From an uncultured delta proteobacterium (GTDB lineage: Bacteria > Desulfobacterota > Binatia > Binatales > Binataceae): DNA of 64,000 bases. The translations under genes and the position numbers were made by a program. The stretch spans positions 1,088,001 to 1,152,000 of the forward strand of contig CAVRVY010000001.1 of assembly GCA_963724765.1 (NCBI GenBank). Reading direction: 5' to 3'. Within the stretch, counting starts at the first letter, position 1. Each line of letters begins with the position of its first letter. The notes beneath the pieces were generated by a model, which had not been told where the DNA came from, ran no database searches, and was given only the letters and a program-made list of their open reading frames with translations. Below are positions 35,751-45,912 of the stretch, piece by piece.

Positions 35751-36317
35751 GTGGAGCCTTCCGATGAGGAGTTGTGCAGGCGGGTTGCCGAACGCGATGC
35801 GCAGGCTTTCGACTTACTGGTCGAGCGGCATCAGGCGCGCGCTTATCGGCTCGCCTGCTCCATCGTGGGCAACGAGGCCGACGCGCGCGACGTGTCGCAG
35901 GAAGCGTTCATCCGGCTCTATGAATCGGCCAATCGTTTCGACGGGCGATCGCGCTTCTCGACCTGGTTCCACCGCATCCTGGTCAACCTCTGCATCGACC
36001 ATCGCAGGCGCAATCGATGGTGGCGCAGGATCGTTCCGCTATCGGCGCCGGGTGGCGAGAGCGACGAGCCGGCTATCGATTTGCCGTCGGCCGAGCCGGG
36101 GCCGGAGTTGGACGCGATTCGCAATCAATCGATCGGCAAGCTGCGCGGCCTGCTGGACAATCTGTCACCCAAGCAGCGCGCGGCCGTATTGTTGCAGGTG
36201 CAGGAGGGTCTGAGCAGCCGGGAAATTGCGGCGGTGCTCGAATGCTCGGAGAATACGGCCAGGGTTCACGTGCATCGCGGGATAACGGAGCTGCGAAAGG
36301 CGCTCAAACGGGAATAG
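35751..36317 (+). CDS. ECF RNA polymerase sigma factor
   Basis: SDEEL..AFDLLVERH, DARDVSQEAF, FSTWFHRILVN and SSREIA..ENTARV motifs. Confidence 0.93.
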   Translation: MEPSDEELCRRVAERDAQAFDLLVERHQARAYRLACSIVGNEADARDVSQEAFIRLYESANRFDGRSRFSTWFHRILVNLCIDHRRRNRWWRRIVPLSAPGGESDEPAIDLPSAEPGPELDAIRNQSIGKLRGLLDNLSPKQRAAVLLQVQEGLSSREIAAVLECSENTARVHVHRGITELRKALKRE

Positions 36318-36362
36318 TCGGGAATATGATCGAGGGCAGGGCCAAAGGCCGAGAGTAGAGGC

Positions 36363-36920
36363 ATGATTACGAGGCATCCCGATACGACGCTCGTTCCATA
36401 CCTGCTCGGCGAGCTGAGCGGCGAGGAAGGCGCGCGCGTTGCGCATCACCTGGAAGGCTGTGCGTCGTGCCGCGAGACAGCCGATTCGGCCACGGCCGCG
36501 ATGCGCGAGCTGGCGCGTCGCGTCGAAGACCTGCCTGCGCCCGACCCTGCGATCTACCGCGCCGAGCTGTATCGCAAGCTCAACGTCCGCGCCGAGCGTG
36601 CCGCGCGTAGAGATGCCGAGGCTCATTGGCTGCGGCCCCGGACCGTCGGGCTGTCGCTCGCCGCGCTCGGAGCGGCGGTCGCCGCGCTTATCCTGATCTT
36701 CGTGATGCGCCAGGGCGCGCGCGTCGCGCCGCCGCCGATAGATCAGCTCGCGACGCAGGAAGACACGATGCGGGAGGCCGCGATGACCGGTGCGGATGTC
36801 GGCCTGTTGCGCGATTACCCGATGGTCGAGCATCTCGACCTGCTCGAGAATTACGACGTGATTGCGCACCTCGACGAAGTCTCGCCGTCGGCGCCGGCCA
36901 ACGATGAGAACCGGTCGTAG
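36363..36920 (+). CDS. zf-HC2 anti-sigma factor
   Basis: YLLGEL..HLEGCASC followed by a TM helix. Confidence 0.88.
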   Translation: MITRHPDTTLVPYLLGELSGEEGARVAHHLEGCASCRETADSATAAMRELARRVEDLPAPDPAIYRAELYRKLNVRAERAARRDAEAHWLRPRTVGLSLAALGAAVAALILIFVMRQGARVAPPPIDQLATQEDTMREAAMTGADVGLLRDYPMVEHLDLLENYDVIAHLDEVSPSAPANDENRS

Positions 36921-37260
36921 CCTGGCCGTGATCGTGCTCGCGGCGGCCGCGCTCGTGATGGGAAGTAACAGGATCGGGGCGCAGGAGCAGCCGCCGCCGG
37001 ATTTGCGGATGTTACTGAATCTCGATCTATTCAGGCCACACCCGCCGGACGCCAACAGCGGCGGGGCCGGGGAGTCGTCGAACAACTCGATGCTCGATCA
37101 GATCCGCACGCTCAAGGCGATGGGCTATCTGCGGGGGAACTCGCAGGGTTCGGACGATGCTCATGAGCCGGACGATGCGGGCGACAGCGCGTCGCCCGTC
37201 AGTGGCGCTCGGGCGACGACCCCAAACATGCCGCCCAAAGACTCCGAGGGACAGCCATGA
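36904..37260 (+). CDS. Hypothetical secreted protein
   Basis: Signal peptide; overlaps both neighbours in the operon; QIRTLKAMGY. Confidence 0.6.
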   Translation: MRTGRSLAVIVLAAAALVMGSNRIGAQEQPPPDLRMLLNLDLFRPHPPDANSGGAGESSNNSMLDQIRTLKAMGYLRGNSQGSDDAHEPDDAGDSASPVSGARATTPNMPPKDSEGQP

Positions 37261-37844
37261 CCCGCCGCACGCCAGGGCTTTCGATCGTGCTGGCGGCGGC
37301 AATCGCGCTGGGCGCGCTCGCGCGGCCGGCGCGCGCGCAGTCACCCGGGCAGGAACCGCCGATGGCGGCGGATCAGCCGCAGAACGCCGCCGAGCGTGCG
37401 CTCGCCACGCAGCATCCCGACGCCTGGGCGAGGCTGACGCCGGAGCAACGGGCGCGTGTGCTCCAGAATTACCGGCAGTGGCAGAAGATGACTCCCGCGG
37501 AGCAGGGCGCGGCGCGGCAAAACTTCCAGCAGTTTCGCAGTCTCCCGCCCGAGGAGCGCCAACAGGTGCTGCAAGGGCTGCATCGATGGCGCCAGCTTCC
37601 GCCAGAGCGCCGCGAGCAATTGCGCCAGGCCTACGCGCACTATAGGCAGCTTCCGCCTGAGCAACGGCAAAAGGTCTTCCAGCGCTATCAGCAGTTCCAG
37701 CGGCTTCCTCCGGCCCAGCGTCAGCACATGCTTGAGAACTATCATCGCTGGCAACAGATGACGCCCGAGCAGCGCAAGGCCGCGCGCGTCCGCTGGCGTC
37801 AGTTTTACCCCAAGCACGCGCCCCCGCTAACGAAAATTCCGTGA
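37257..37844 (+). CDS. DUF3106-like secreted helical repeat protein
   Basis: Signal peptide plus about 18-aa repeats (W/F/Y)xxL(P/T)PE(Q/E)R. Confidence 0.8.
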   Translation: MTRRTPGLSIVLAAAIALGALARPARAQSPGQEPPMAADQPQNAAERALATQHPDAWARLTPEQRARVLQNYRQWQKMTPAEQGAARQNFQQFRSLPPEERQQVLQGLHRWRQLPPERREQLRQAYAHYRQLPPEQRQKVFQRYQQFQRLPPAQRQHMLENYHRWQQMTPEQRKAARVRWRQFYPKHAPPLTKIP

Positions 37845-37924
37845 CGACGCGATCCGCGAGGGGCGCCGGCCGGAAGCAACCGCGCCGTCCGCATTAAGGA
37901 CATTAAACAGATGAGGGAAGAGTT

Positions 37925-38000
37925 TGGAGGCGGCGAGCGGATTCGAACCGCTGAATGGAGGTTTTGCAGACCTCTCCCTTAGCCACTTGGGTACGCCGCC
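37925..38000 (-). tRNA. tRNA-Cys (GCA)
   Basis: GGCGGCG acceptor stem, CTGCAAA anticodon loop, GGTTCGAATCC T-arm and encoded CCA. Confidence 0.97.
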
Positions 38001-38178
38001 CCTGTGCGTAAGACTCTAGCGGAGCGGGAAAGTTAGCACACCACGCGCGGCCCCCGCAATTTGCGCCGGCCGCGCGCCCGGCTCCTACGGCCGTGTGGTT
38101 GACACTAAACGATGATTCTGCGGCAATGGGTTCGACGCGGCCGCGCGCCGCGAGCAACGCTCAGCAGGGAGGCAGGTA

Positions 38179-39291
38179 ATGCCTACTGTTCCGATCAAGG
38201 ACGAACATCGCGTCGGCACCGAGGCCCGCTCCAAGGTCGAGCCGTCGGCCTATCTCCAGAAGCTGTTCCAGAGCGGCACACCAGATCTGAGTTGGATGAA
38301 AGAGACCGGAGAGTGGGGCGTGCGCGCCAAGCCGTCAGGCCTGGGGCTGCGGCTCAAGGACGTCGAGATCGGCAGCTATGGCGTGGTGCCGGAGCGCGGC
38401 GGCGAGCATCGATCGATGGCGCCGCGCGGCAGCGTGGTCCCGGACAACGTGCCGTCGCTCGGCTTCACCATCAACAACAAGGACGAGTGCTGGGCCGACA
38501 ACGTGTCGGAGCTTTACGAGGAGGCGGTGGCGCGCCAATGGAGCTCCGCGCGCGACATCCCGTGGGAGGAGCTCAAGCCACTGCCCGACGATCTCGAACG
38601 CGCGATGTGCCAGCTCTGTACTTTTCTCACGGAGGTCGAGTTCATCGCCGCTGACGCGCCGACGCGCTGGATGAGCCGCATCAACCAGGACTTTTTCGAG
38701 GTCAAGATGTTCCTCGCCACCCAGGCGATGGACGAGGCGCGCCACATGGACGTTTTCCGCAAGCGCGCGCTCGCCAACGGCGGCGGGTTGGGCAAGGCCA
38801 GCCCCTACAGCGAGCTCGGGCTGAAGAAGATTTTCGACGCGCCGAGTTTCTCGGCGCAGACCGGCAGGCTGCATCTGCTGGGCGAGGGCTTCGTGCTGAC
38901 GATCTTTCGCCAGGGCGAGTTCATCGCGCCGAGCCGGGTCGATCAGGAAATCTTCCGCCGCTGCATGCAGGACGAGTCGCGCCACGTCGGCTACGGCACG
39001 ATGCATCTGCGCGCGCAGCTCAAGTCGCGTCCCGAACTGGCCGACGAGATCCACACCGAGCTCGACGACGCCGAGCGCATCCTGCTCGAGATCTTCAGCG
39101 AACCCGAGTCGGTCGAGCCGATGGCGGTGCTGATGGGCGGCGGACTCGAGCACTTCGACAAGGGGATGGAGATGCAGTCGCAACTGTGGCGGCGGATCGT
39201 CGGCGAATACCTTCAGCGCTGCGACTCGGCCGGCCTCGACCGGCGCCCGCGCTGCCTCTTGCCGACCGAGTTTGCCAAGCTCTTCTCCTGA
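38179..39291 (+). CDS. Ferritin-like diiron carboxylate protein (uncharacterised)
   Basis: E..(TEVE), DEARH, GE and DESRH ligand pattern. Confidence 0.75.
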   Translation: MPTVPIKDEHRVGTEARSKVEPSAYLQKLFQSGTPDLSWMKETGEWGVRAKPSGLGLRLKDVEIGSYGVVPERGGEHRSMAPRGSVVPDNVPSLGFTINNKDECWADNVSELYEEAVARQWSSARDIPWEELKPLPDDLERAMCQLCTFLTEVEFIAADAPTRWMSRINQDFFEVKMFLATQAMDEARHMDVFRKRALANGGGLGKASPYSELGLKKIFDAPSFSAQTGRLHLLGEGFVLTIFRQGEFIAPSRVDQEIFRRCMQDESRHVGYGTMHLRAQLKSRPELADEIHTELDDAERILLEIFSEPESVEPMAVLMGGGLEHFDKGMEMQSQLWRRIVGEYLQRCDSAGLDRRPRCLLPTEFAKLFS

Positions 39292-39743
39292 TGGCGCCGC
39301 GCTTTCCCGATCCGCATTGGTTTCTTGCCTTGGGCGGCCTGATGGCGGCCCGGAGCGAGCTTTTTCAGCGCATCGGCTACGTCGAGAGCCGCTTCGTCGT
39401 GCGCGTGCTGCCCGATGAAGATGGTGGCGGCGAGGAGCAGAACACCGGCGTCGCGATGTCAGGCTACGCGCTTACCGACGCGGCGGCGCTTGCTCCCGGC
39501 GAGACGGCGTCATTCGATCCGGACTTCGCAATCTGTGCGCGGCGCGCGGTGTGGCGGCGGATGCTGGATGAGATCGCGCGCAATGGCCGCCCCGAGTTGA
39601 GACACACGCTCAACTCGCTCGCACTCATCGGCGACGAGCTTTGGCTGGAGTCCGCCGACCAGTTGCGCGAAGACAAGTTCTACCGCTTCAATCAGAGCCT
39701 GCAGGAACTCTTCAATCTCGCCGCGCAATTGCCCGCCGGCTGA
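39291..39743 (+). CDS. SCP2-like partner protein
   Basis: FPDPHWF N-terminus and DPDFAI..VWRRM; translationally coupled (TGATG). Confidence 0.55.
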   Translation: MAPRFPDPHWFLALGGLMAARSELFQRIGYVESRFVVRVLPDEDGGGEEQNTGVAMSGYALTDAAALAPGETASFDPDFAICARRAVWRRMLDEIARNGRPELRHTLNSLALIGDELWLESADQLREDKFYRFNQSLQELFNLAAQLPAG

Positions 39744-39771
39744 TTTTCTCAAACGGCCTTTCAGCCGATCG

Positions 39772-40890
39772 CTAAAGCGTGCGCTTCACCGTCATGCTCG
39801 CAATCACCAGCATGATCGCGGTGAAGACCACCAGGAACGCGAGGTCGTTCGAGATCGCGGCGAAGTTTGCTCCCTTGAACAGGATCGATTTGAGCGCGCT
39901 CACCGCGTGGGTTTCCGGATTGTAGTGAGCGAAGGCCCGCAGCCACGGCGGAAAGCTTTCGATTGGATAAATAGCGCCGCTCGGAAAAAACAGGATCACG
40001 TTGAGGAAGCCGGCCGACGCGCCGACCACGCGCGGATTATTCGCGCGCGCCAGTATAACGAAGGTCATCGCGAGAATTCCGGTCGCCCCGATGATGATCA
40101 CGCCCACCAGCATCGCGGCCGCCAGCGCCCCGCCGGTAATCGTGCCGCCGGTGATCAGCAACCCCACCGCCAGCACGATCACCGACGCAACGCTGGTCAC
40201 CAGCACGCTCGAGCCCAGCACGCCGGCGGCGAGGTTCCAGCGCGACAGCGGCGTCACCAGGTAGCACTCCGTGATCCCCATGAAACGGTCCATCACCCAG
40301 TTGAACACGCCCGAGGTCAGCGAGCCCATGAACAGCGCCATCACGATCACGCCGGGAATCAGCGAGCGGTCGTAGTCGACGGTGGTGAAAAGGTTGCTCG
40401 GGCGCATCACGATCTGGTCGAGCTTGGGCTCGCGCGCGGTGACGTAGCCGGCGCGGATCACGGCGGTCGCCTGGCTGAACACCCCCGTAAGCGTCGCCGC
40501 GCTGATGGTGTCGACGTTGTCGGTGAACAATCCCAGCTCACCGATGCGGCCCTCATCGATGCTGTGGCTGAAACCGGCCGGGATGATCAGCGCGGCTTTG
40601 TAAACGCCATCGCGCACGTCCTGGATCGCCGTGCCCGCGTCGCTGTTATAGGTGATGGCGATGGTTTTTGGGCCGGCGGCCAGCGCCTGCATCTGCTCCA
40701 TCACGCGGATCGCATAGGGGCCGTTGTCCTGACTGACGATCACCACCGGCAGATGCTTGAGCACGCCCTGGAATGAGTTGCCGAAGATGACCAGGTAGAT
40801 GATCGGCAGCAGAACGCTGGTAAAGATGGTCAGCGGATTGCGCCCGATCTTGAGCAGGTCGCGCCGCATTATCGACCACGTTTTTCTCAT
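39772..40890 (-). CDS. ABC-2 type transporter permease
   Basis: LIPGVI, LVTPL, SGAIYP..P.WL and NPETHAV motifs. Confidence 0.9.
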   Translation of the reverse strand: MRKTWSIMRRDLLKIGRNPLTIFTSVLLPIIYLVIFGNSFQGVLKHLPVVIVSQDNGPYAIRVMEQMQALAAGPKTIAITYNSDAGTAIQDVRDGVYKAALIIPAGFSHSIDEGRIGELGLFTDNVDTISAATLTGVFSQATAVIRAGYVTAREPKLDQIVMRPSNLFTTVDYDRSLIPGVIVMALFMGSLTSGVFNWVMDRFMGITECYLVTPLSRWNLAAGVLGSSVLVTSVASVIVLAVGLLITGGTITGGALAAAMLVGVIIIGATGILAMTFVILARANNPRVVGASAGFLNVILFFPSGAIYPIESFPPWLRAFAHYNPETHAVSALKSILFKGANFAAISNDLAFLVVFTAIMLVIASMTVKRTL

Positions 40891-40906
40891 CGCCGTTAAA
40901 TCTCCG

Positions 40907-41925
40907 TCAGCGTCCCGGCGGCATCGGCATCCCGAAGCTCGAGCTGAAGAAGCCGCCCTTGCGCGCCGGTTCGTCGCGCAGACGCCGCCCGGTGAAGCGG
41001 ATGAAGACGTCCTCGAGCGACATCCGCTCGAGCTTGATCGATGAGACCTTGGCGCCGGCGTTTTCGATCTCGCTGATGATTTTCGGCATCGCGTGGGCGC
41101 CGTCGTCGACCGAGACGATAATCGGGCCGTCGGGATCGCGCGTGACGTCGTGGACGCCGGGCTGTCCGCGCAGCATCGCGATGATCTTCTCGGCGTCGCC
41201 CATGCACCTCGAGTTCGATGCGGTCCGAGCCCTTGACCATCGCCTTGAGCTCAGCCGGCGTTCCGATCGCGATGATCTTGCCGCCATCGACGATCGCGAT
41301 CCGGTCGCATAGCGTTTCCGCCTCGTCCATATAATGCGTGGTAAGCGAAATGGTGAGTCCGGTGTCGCGCCGCAACTGCTCGAGCAAATCCCACACCGCG
41401 CGCCGGCTCTGCGGGTCAAGCCCGATGGTCGGCTCGTCAAGGAACAGGACCTCGGGCGAATGGATCGAGCCCGCGCGCGATTTCCAGCCGCCGGCGCATC
41501 CCGCCCGAGTAGGTCTGTACGAGATCGTTGGCGCGCTCGGTCAAGCCCACCATGTGGATCAGATGCTGCGCGCGCTCGCGCCGCACGCGCCGGCTGAGAT
41601 TGTAGAAGCCGCCGTAGATGTCGACGTTCTCCCATCCGGTGAGTTCGAGGTCGGAGGTCAGCGCCTGCGGAATCACGCCGATCGCCTCGCGCACGCGCAC
41701 GGGGTCGCGCGCGACGTCGAGGCCGGCAACGAAGCCGTGCCCCGAGGTCGGCACGATCAGCGTCGTCAGCATCCGGCTGAGCGTGGTCTTGCCCGCACCG
41801 TTGGGTCCGAGCAGGCCGAACAATTCGCCGCGCCGCACCTCGAAACTCACGTGGTCGACGGCGGTGAATTCGCCGAAGCGCTTAGTGAGTTCGAGCGCCT
41901 GTATTGCTGCTGATTGCGATTCCAT
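40907..41925 (-). pseudogene. ABC transporter ATP-binding protein (DrrA-like), two apparent +1 frameshifts
   Basis: [29 protein letters not shown] and SLEDVF are spread over three frames. Confidence 0.85.
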
Positions 41926-42767
41926 TGTTGAGCGCAAATGCGACCTCGGCGGTCATCCCCGGCTTCACCTGCCCGGTCGCCTGCAAAACCCGCACTTTGA
42001 CGTAGAACGTGCGGATGTCCTGGCGGCCTCGGCGAACGTCGGTCTCGGTCGCGAATTGTCCCTCCTGTCCGATCGCCATCACTTGCCCCGGAAAAACCAG
42101 CGGCGGATGCGTCGGCAGCGTCACCTGTGCCGGAGCGCCGACACGGATCGCGCCGAGGTCGGTCTCTTCCATGTCGACGCGCGCCCAGATGGTCGAAAGA
42201 TCGTCGATGGTGAGGACTGGCGTTCCCGGCGTGACCCATTCGCCGACTTCGAGGTTCTTGCTCACGACGGTCCCGGAGATCGGAGAGCGAATGACGGTGT
42301 CGTTCAACTGGTCGGCGTAGTACTGCACGTTGGCTTTGGCGGCCGTCACCGCGCCGCGGTCGCTGTCGAGCGCCGCGCGCGCGTCGTCGCGGTCCTTGGT
42401 CGAAATCACGTGCTCGGCATACAGCTTGTCGTCGCGCGCCATCGTGATTTCCGCGTCTCGCAGCGTGGCGCTGGCATTCGCGAGATCGCCTCGCGCCTTG
42501 GCGAGCTGATTCTTTATGTCGATGTCTTCGATGCGGCATACGACCTGGCCGCGCTCGACCGTGTCGCCCTCGAGCAGGTCGAGCTGCACGATCCGGCCGG
42601 CGATGCGGCTCGTGATGTTCACCTCGGGCGCTTCGATTATGCCGACGGTCTGGATCGTTCCGGTATCAGGCGCGGGCCAAAGATATCTGCTGCCCAGGTA
42701 GTAGCCGCCGCCGAGAATCAGCGCGACGAGCGCAAGTCTTCATCACTTTGCGGATAATGGCATTCAT
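41882..42767 (-). CDS. HlyD family efflux adaptor subunit (apparent frameshift near 42740)
   Basis: VNITSRIAGRI, IRSPISG and VKPGM motifs; the N-terminal TM anchor is in a shifted frame. Confidence 0.85.
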
Positions 42768-42899
42768 AGGATTGTGCCGTGTTTCGCCGGCGCCGAAGCG
42801 CTGTACGGCCAGCGTCATGATTTTCGCCGCTTTGCCGGTTACGGCGCGTTCCATTGCGGGAACGCGAGGCGCTGCGGAGCTCGCGTGCCAGCCGGACCA

Positions 42900-43514
42900 T
42901 CAGCTTGTCGAACAGCTTGGCCCTTGAGCGCGCGATACTCCATGGCCAATCTCGACCATGCTGGTGCGAAAAGGGCTCGCGCCATGGCTTTTCATGTCCT
43001 CCAGCAGCTGTTCGAGGAACGACTGCCACGCGCCGGCGAAACGGCGCTCGCGCTCGACATGATGCAGCGCGGCCTCCGGGTCGTGATGCGCGAAATAGAT
43101 TTTGACCTGCGCCTCGTCGTAGACGAAGATCGGCTGCGCGGGCTCGCGCAGCGTGCGCAGGAAATACTCGCGTCCCTTGTGAGTGATCGCGTAGACTTTG
43201 CGGGCGCGCCGGCCATGCCGCTCGGCTCGCATCGTGACCATCGCGTCGTGCGCGAGTTTCTTGAGCGCGGGATAAAGCGAGCCGTCGCTGGCCCGGTAGA
43301 AGAAGCCGATCGGATCGCGAAAGCGGCGCTTGATGTCATAGCCGGTCATCTCGGACTCCATCAGGAAGCCCAGGATGGGAAACTTGATGTCGATACGCGG
43401 CGGCTTTTTGGGCCAGCCGACCTCGGGAGGCGCTTCCCAGCGTGAGAAGGATTCCTTGGCCGCCGGCCGCTTCGGTGAAATCGTCGTTCGCCCCTTTGTG
43501 TGGTTCGATTTCAT
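42900..43514 (-). CDS. PadR family transcriptional regulator (C-terminus frameshifted)
   Basis: ILGFL..MTGYDI..GSLYPALKKL..RKVYAIT..G. Confidence 0.88.
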   Translation of the reverse strand: MKSNHTKGRTTISPKRPAAKESFSRWEAPPEVGWPKKPPRIDIKFPILGFLMESEMTGYDIKRRFRDPIGFFYRASDGSLYPALKKLAHDAMVTMRAERHGRRARKVYAITHKGREYFLRTLREPAQPIFVYDEAQVKIYFAHHDPEAALHHVERERRFAGAWQSFLEQLLEDMKSHGASPFRTSMVEIGHGVSRAQGPSCSTS

Positions 43515-43536
43515 CCTCGTCTCCTACAGCATCACA

Positions 43537-43555
43537 ATATATCGACTTGATGTAT
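43537..43555. promoter_or_regulatory. Imperfect palindrome ATATATCG-ACT-TGATGTAT, putative PadR operator
   Basis: AT-rich inverted repeat about 22 bp upstream of the padR start. Confidence 0.55.
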
Positions 43556-43693
43556 CGAAGCAAGTCTCTGGGAAAAGCCGCATAAATGCCGGAGTCGATC
43601 GCCTTCGGCCGCGGATCGCCGGCGCCTTGTTTCCGTATGGTCTGGTTTCGCAGAGTCTGCTAGATATCTCCGCGAAAAGAAGGAGCGGTCCGA

Positions 43694-44923
43694 TTGGCAG
43701 GTGGCGTCCCAGGCAGATCGATCCCGGTTGTGGAAGTCAGCGATGAGCAGGAGCTCGCGGCCACGACCGCGCAATCCCGCGAGCGATTCTATCTGCCGGA
43801 ACTCGACACGCTGCGCTTCTTCGCCTTCCTCTGCGTCTTTGCGTTCCATCTTACGTACAGCCTCACGTGGCGGCCGGGGATTGTCAAAACTATATTGACT
43901 AAAGATCTACTTCCGGCAGGAGCTTTCGGAGTCGATCTGTTCTTTACGCTTAGCGCATACCTGATTACGAAACTTCTGTTGAAAGAGCGCGCTACTTCAG
44001 GGAAGGTCCATTTTCTGTACTTTTATGCGCGCCGCGCGCTCAGAATCTGGCCGCTGTATTTTTGCTTTCTGGCGTTTGGATCGGTTCTTGTCTACTTCGA
44101 TGCTGCTTTTCGCTACAGCACAGTAGAGCCCAAATATCTATTGCTGATGGCGGTTTTCGTGGGTAATTTTGCGCCGGCAAGCTGGATGGGATCCGCTTTT
44201 GTCTTAAGCCATCTCTGGAGTGTGTCAGTGGAGGAGCAGTTCTACCTATTCTGGCCGATGGCTATTCGAAAGGCGTCTGAGCACAGAATTAGAATAATCG
44301 CTGTGGGATTGCTCGTAATCGCGTCTTTCGCGCGGATAACAGCTTATTGGGCGAGGGTTTCGCCGCTATGGGTGTGGACGTGTACCTTCACGCGTCTCGA
44401 TCCATTCGCGGTGGGTATTCTGTTAGGTACGATGCCCTACGCGAAGGTCTCCGCGCTGCGCTCGCGCTGGCGAATAGGTGTCTTGCTGACGGCGATTGTA
44501 GCCTGGTCGTTCGCGCGCTATTTCAACGCGGCGTTAGTGCCGAGACAGATGCACCCGGGCTTGCTCCTGGGATATCCGTTGGCCGCCCTTGGCAGCGGAG
44601 GATTTCTGCTTGCGATGCTGGGGGCGGGCAGCGCAGGCGTGCGCTGGGCGACCAACGCGTGGCTAGTCTACTTGGGCAGGATCTCGTATGGCCTTTACGT
44701 TTATCACTTGTTCGCCATGCTCTTCATCAGTCACTACGTATTTCCGTGGTATGTCGCCCGGTTTCAGGACTCAGGTGGGCCGCTGTGGGTCGGATGGCTG
44801 ATGTACATTACGCTGAGTCTTTCATTGACGATTCTTATGGCCGCCGCTTCCTACAGATGGCTTGAAAGTCCATTTCTCAAGCTGAAGCATCGATTCACCT
44901 ATATTGAGTCGCGCCCCGTCTGA
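43694..44923 (+). CDS. Acyltransferase family 3 (OafA-like)
   Basis: LDTLR..H, GVDLFF.LS, RRALRIWP, HLWSVSVEEQFY and GRISYGLY motifs; lower GC. Confidence 0.92.
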   Translation: MAGGVPGRSIPVVEVSDEQELAATTAQSRERFYLPELDTLRFFAFLCVFAFHLTYSLTWRPGIVKTILTKDLLPAGAFGVDLFFTLSAYLITKLLLKERATSGKVHFLYFYARRALRIWPLYFCFLAFGSVLVYFDAAFRYSTVEPKYLLLMAVFVGNFAPASWMGSAFVLSHLWSVSVEEQFYLFWPMAIRKASEHRIRIIAVGLLVIASFARITAYWARVSPLWVWTCTFTRLDPFAVGILLGTMPYAKVSALRSRWRIGVLLTAIVAWSFARYFNAALVPRQMHPGLLLGYPLAALGSGGFLLAMLGAGSAGVRWATNAWLVYLGRISYGLYVYHLFAMLFISHYVFPWYVARFQDSGGPLWVGWLMYITLSLSLTILMAAASYRWLESPFLKLKHRFTYIESRPV

Positions 44924-44948
44924 AGAAGTTGCCAGCGCTTGGCGCACC

Positions 44949-45758
44949 TCAATCCTTCGAGCTGTAGCTGACCCCGAGCCCGGCGCGCGCGTCCTGCTGG
45001 ATCCCGTACTGCGGAATCGGATAGCGCAGGCCGTTGGCGGCCAGGCGCTTCAATCCTTCGATCGTTTTCGGCAGGTAGCGCGGCGGAATCGCCATCAGTA
45101 GTTCGTCGTCCAGCACGCCGCCGTAGCGGCGCTCGGCGAAACACGGAATTGAGACGCTCGGCTCGCCGGTCTTGAGCGCGCGGCCCCACGAGTCTGCGCA
45201 TGCCGACTCGCCGACGCATCCCCACTGAAACTTCTTGTAGCCCGCCCACTGCAGGCCATTGATGAAGATGATCATCTGGCCCGGCGTTCCGTAAATCAGG
45301 CAGATGTCGGGCGGGTTGAGGCGACCCGAGGTCAGCGGCGAGACCGCCATCGCGGCGTACTTCCCGTGAGGCACGACGTCCATCGCATGCTGATGGGCCG
45401 AGGAATCCTCCACCGTCGAGTACCATACGCCGGCCATCTGCTTGCCCGAGAGCCAGTGATCGTCGGCTGGTTGCAGTCCGATCACCACCGCGCATTGCGC
45501 GCCGACCAGGTCCTTGGCGGTGATGCCTACGGTCCAGCCCAGGCGTGCGGCCTGGGCGACGATCTGATCGGTGGTGTGGATCGACTTTGGCCGGCGCAGC
45601 TTGGGAATCTGCTCCATCTCCTCGACCGTGGCGAACAGTTTCATCCCGATCGGCGTGGTGCGGAGCCGCAGCAGGCGGTTGAGATCATCGACGATCTGGT
45701 TCCAGTCATACGATTCGGGTTCGGCGAAGCTCGCCGGCTCCGGGCGGGTCCGTTCCAT
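44949..45758 (-). CDS. DUF169 domain protein
   Basis: LRLRTTPIG, PL..PD..IYGTPGQ, GESACAD and PCFAERRYG motifs. Confidence 0.8.
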   Translation of the reverse strand: MERTRPEPASFAEPESYDWNQIVDDLNRLLRLRTTPIGMKLFATVEEMEQIPKLRRPKSIHTTDQIVAQAARLGWTVGITAKDLVGAQCAVVIGLQPADDHWLSGKQMAGVWYSTVEDSSAHQHAMDVVPHGKYAAMAVSPLTSGRLNPPDICLIYGTPGQMIIFINGLQWAGYKKFQWGCVGESACADSWGRALKTGEPSVSIPCFAERRYGGVLDDELLMAIPPRYLPKTIEGLKRLAANGLRYPIPQYGIQQDARAGLGVSYSSKD

Positions 45759-45912
45759 CTGCTCTTACCTCCGGTGATGCGTTTTATACCACAGGCCGTC
45801 TGCCTCGCCACGAGGCGGCGGCGCGCGCCACGCGTTACGCGCCTACTTGCTGGCGCGCGTTGCATTGACTGTCCGCCGATGCGACCATAACGTCGATCGA
45901 GTGAGACGCGAA

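Noticed and set aside
37420-37800. Periodic repeats suggestive of an array
   Set aside because: These are coding helical repeats of the DUF3106-like protein; no CRISPR repeat-spacer structure or cas genes are seen in the window.
37925-37960. tRNA-Cys as an integration site for 33.5-37.9 kb
   Set aside because: No duplicated tRNA 3' end and no integrase found.
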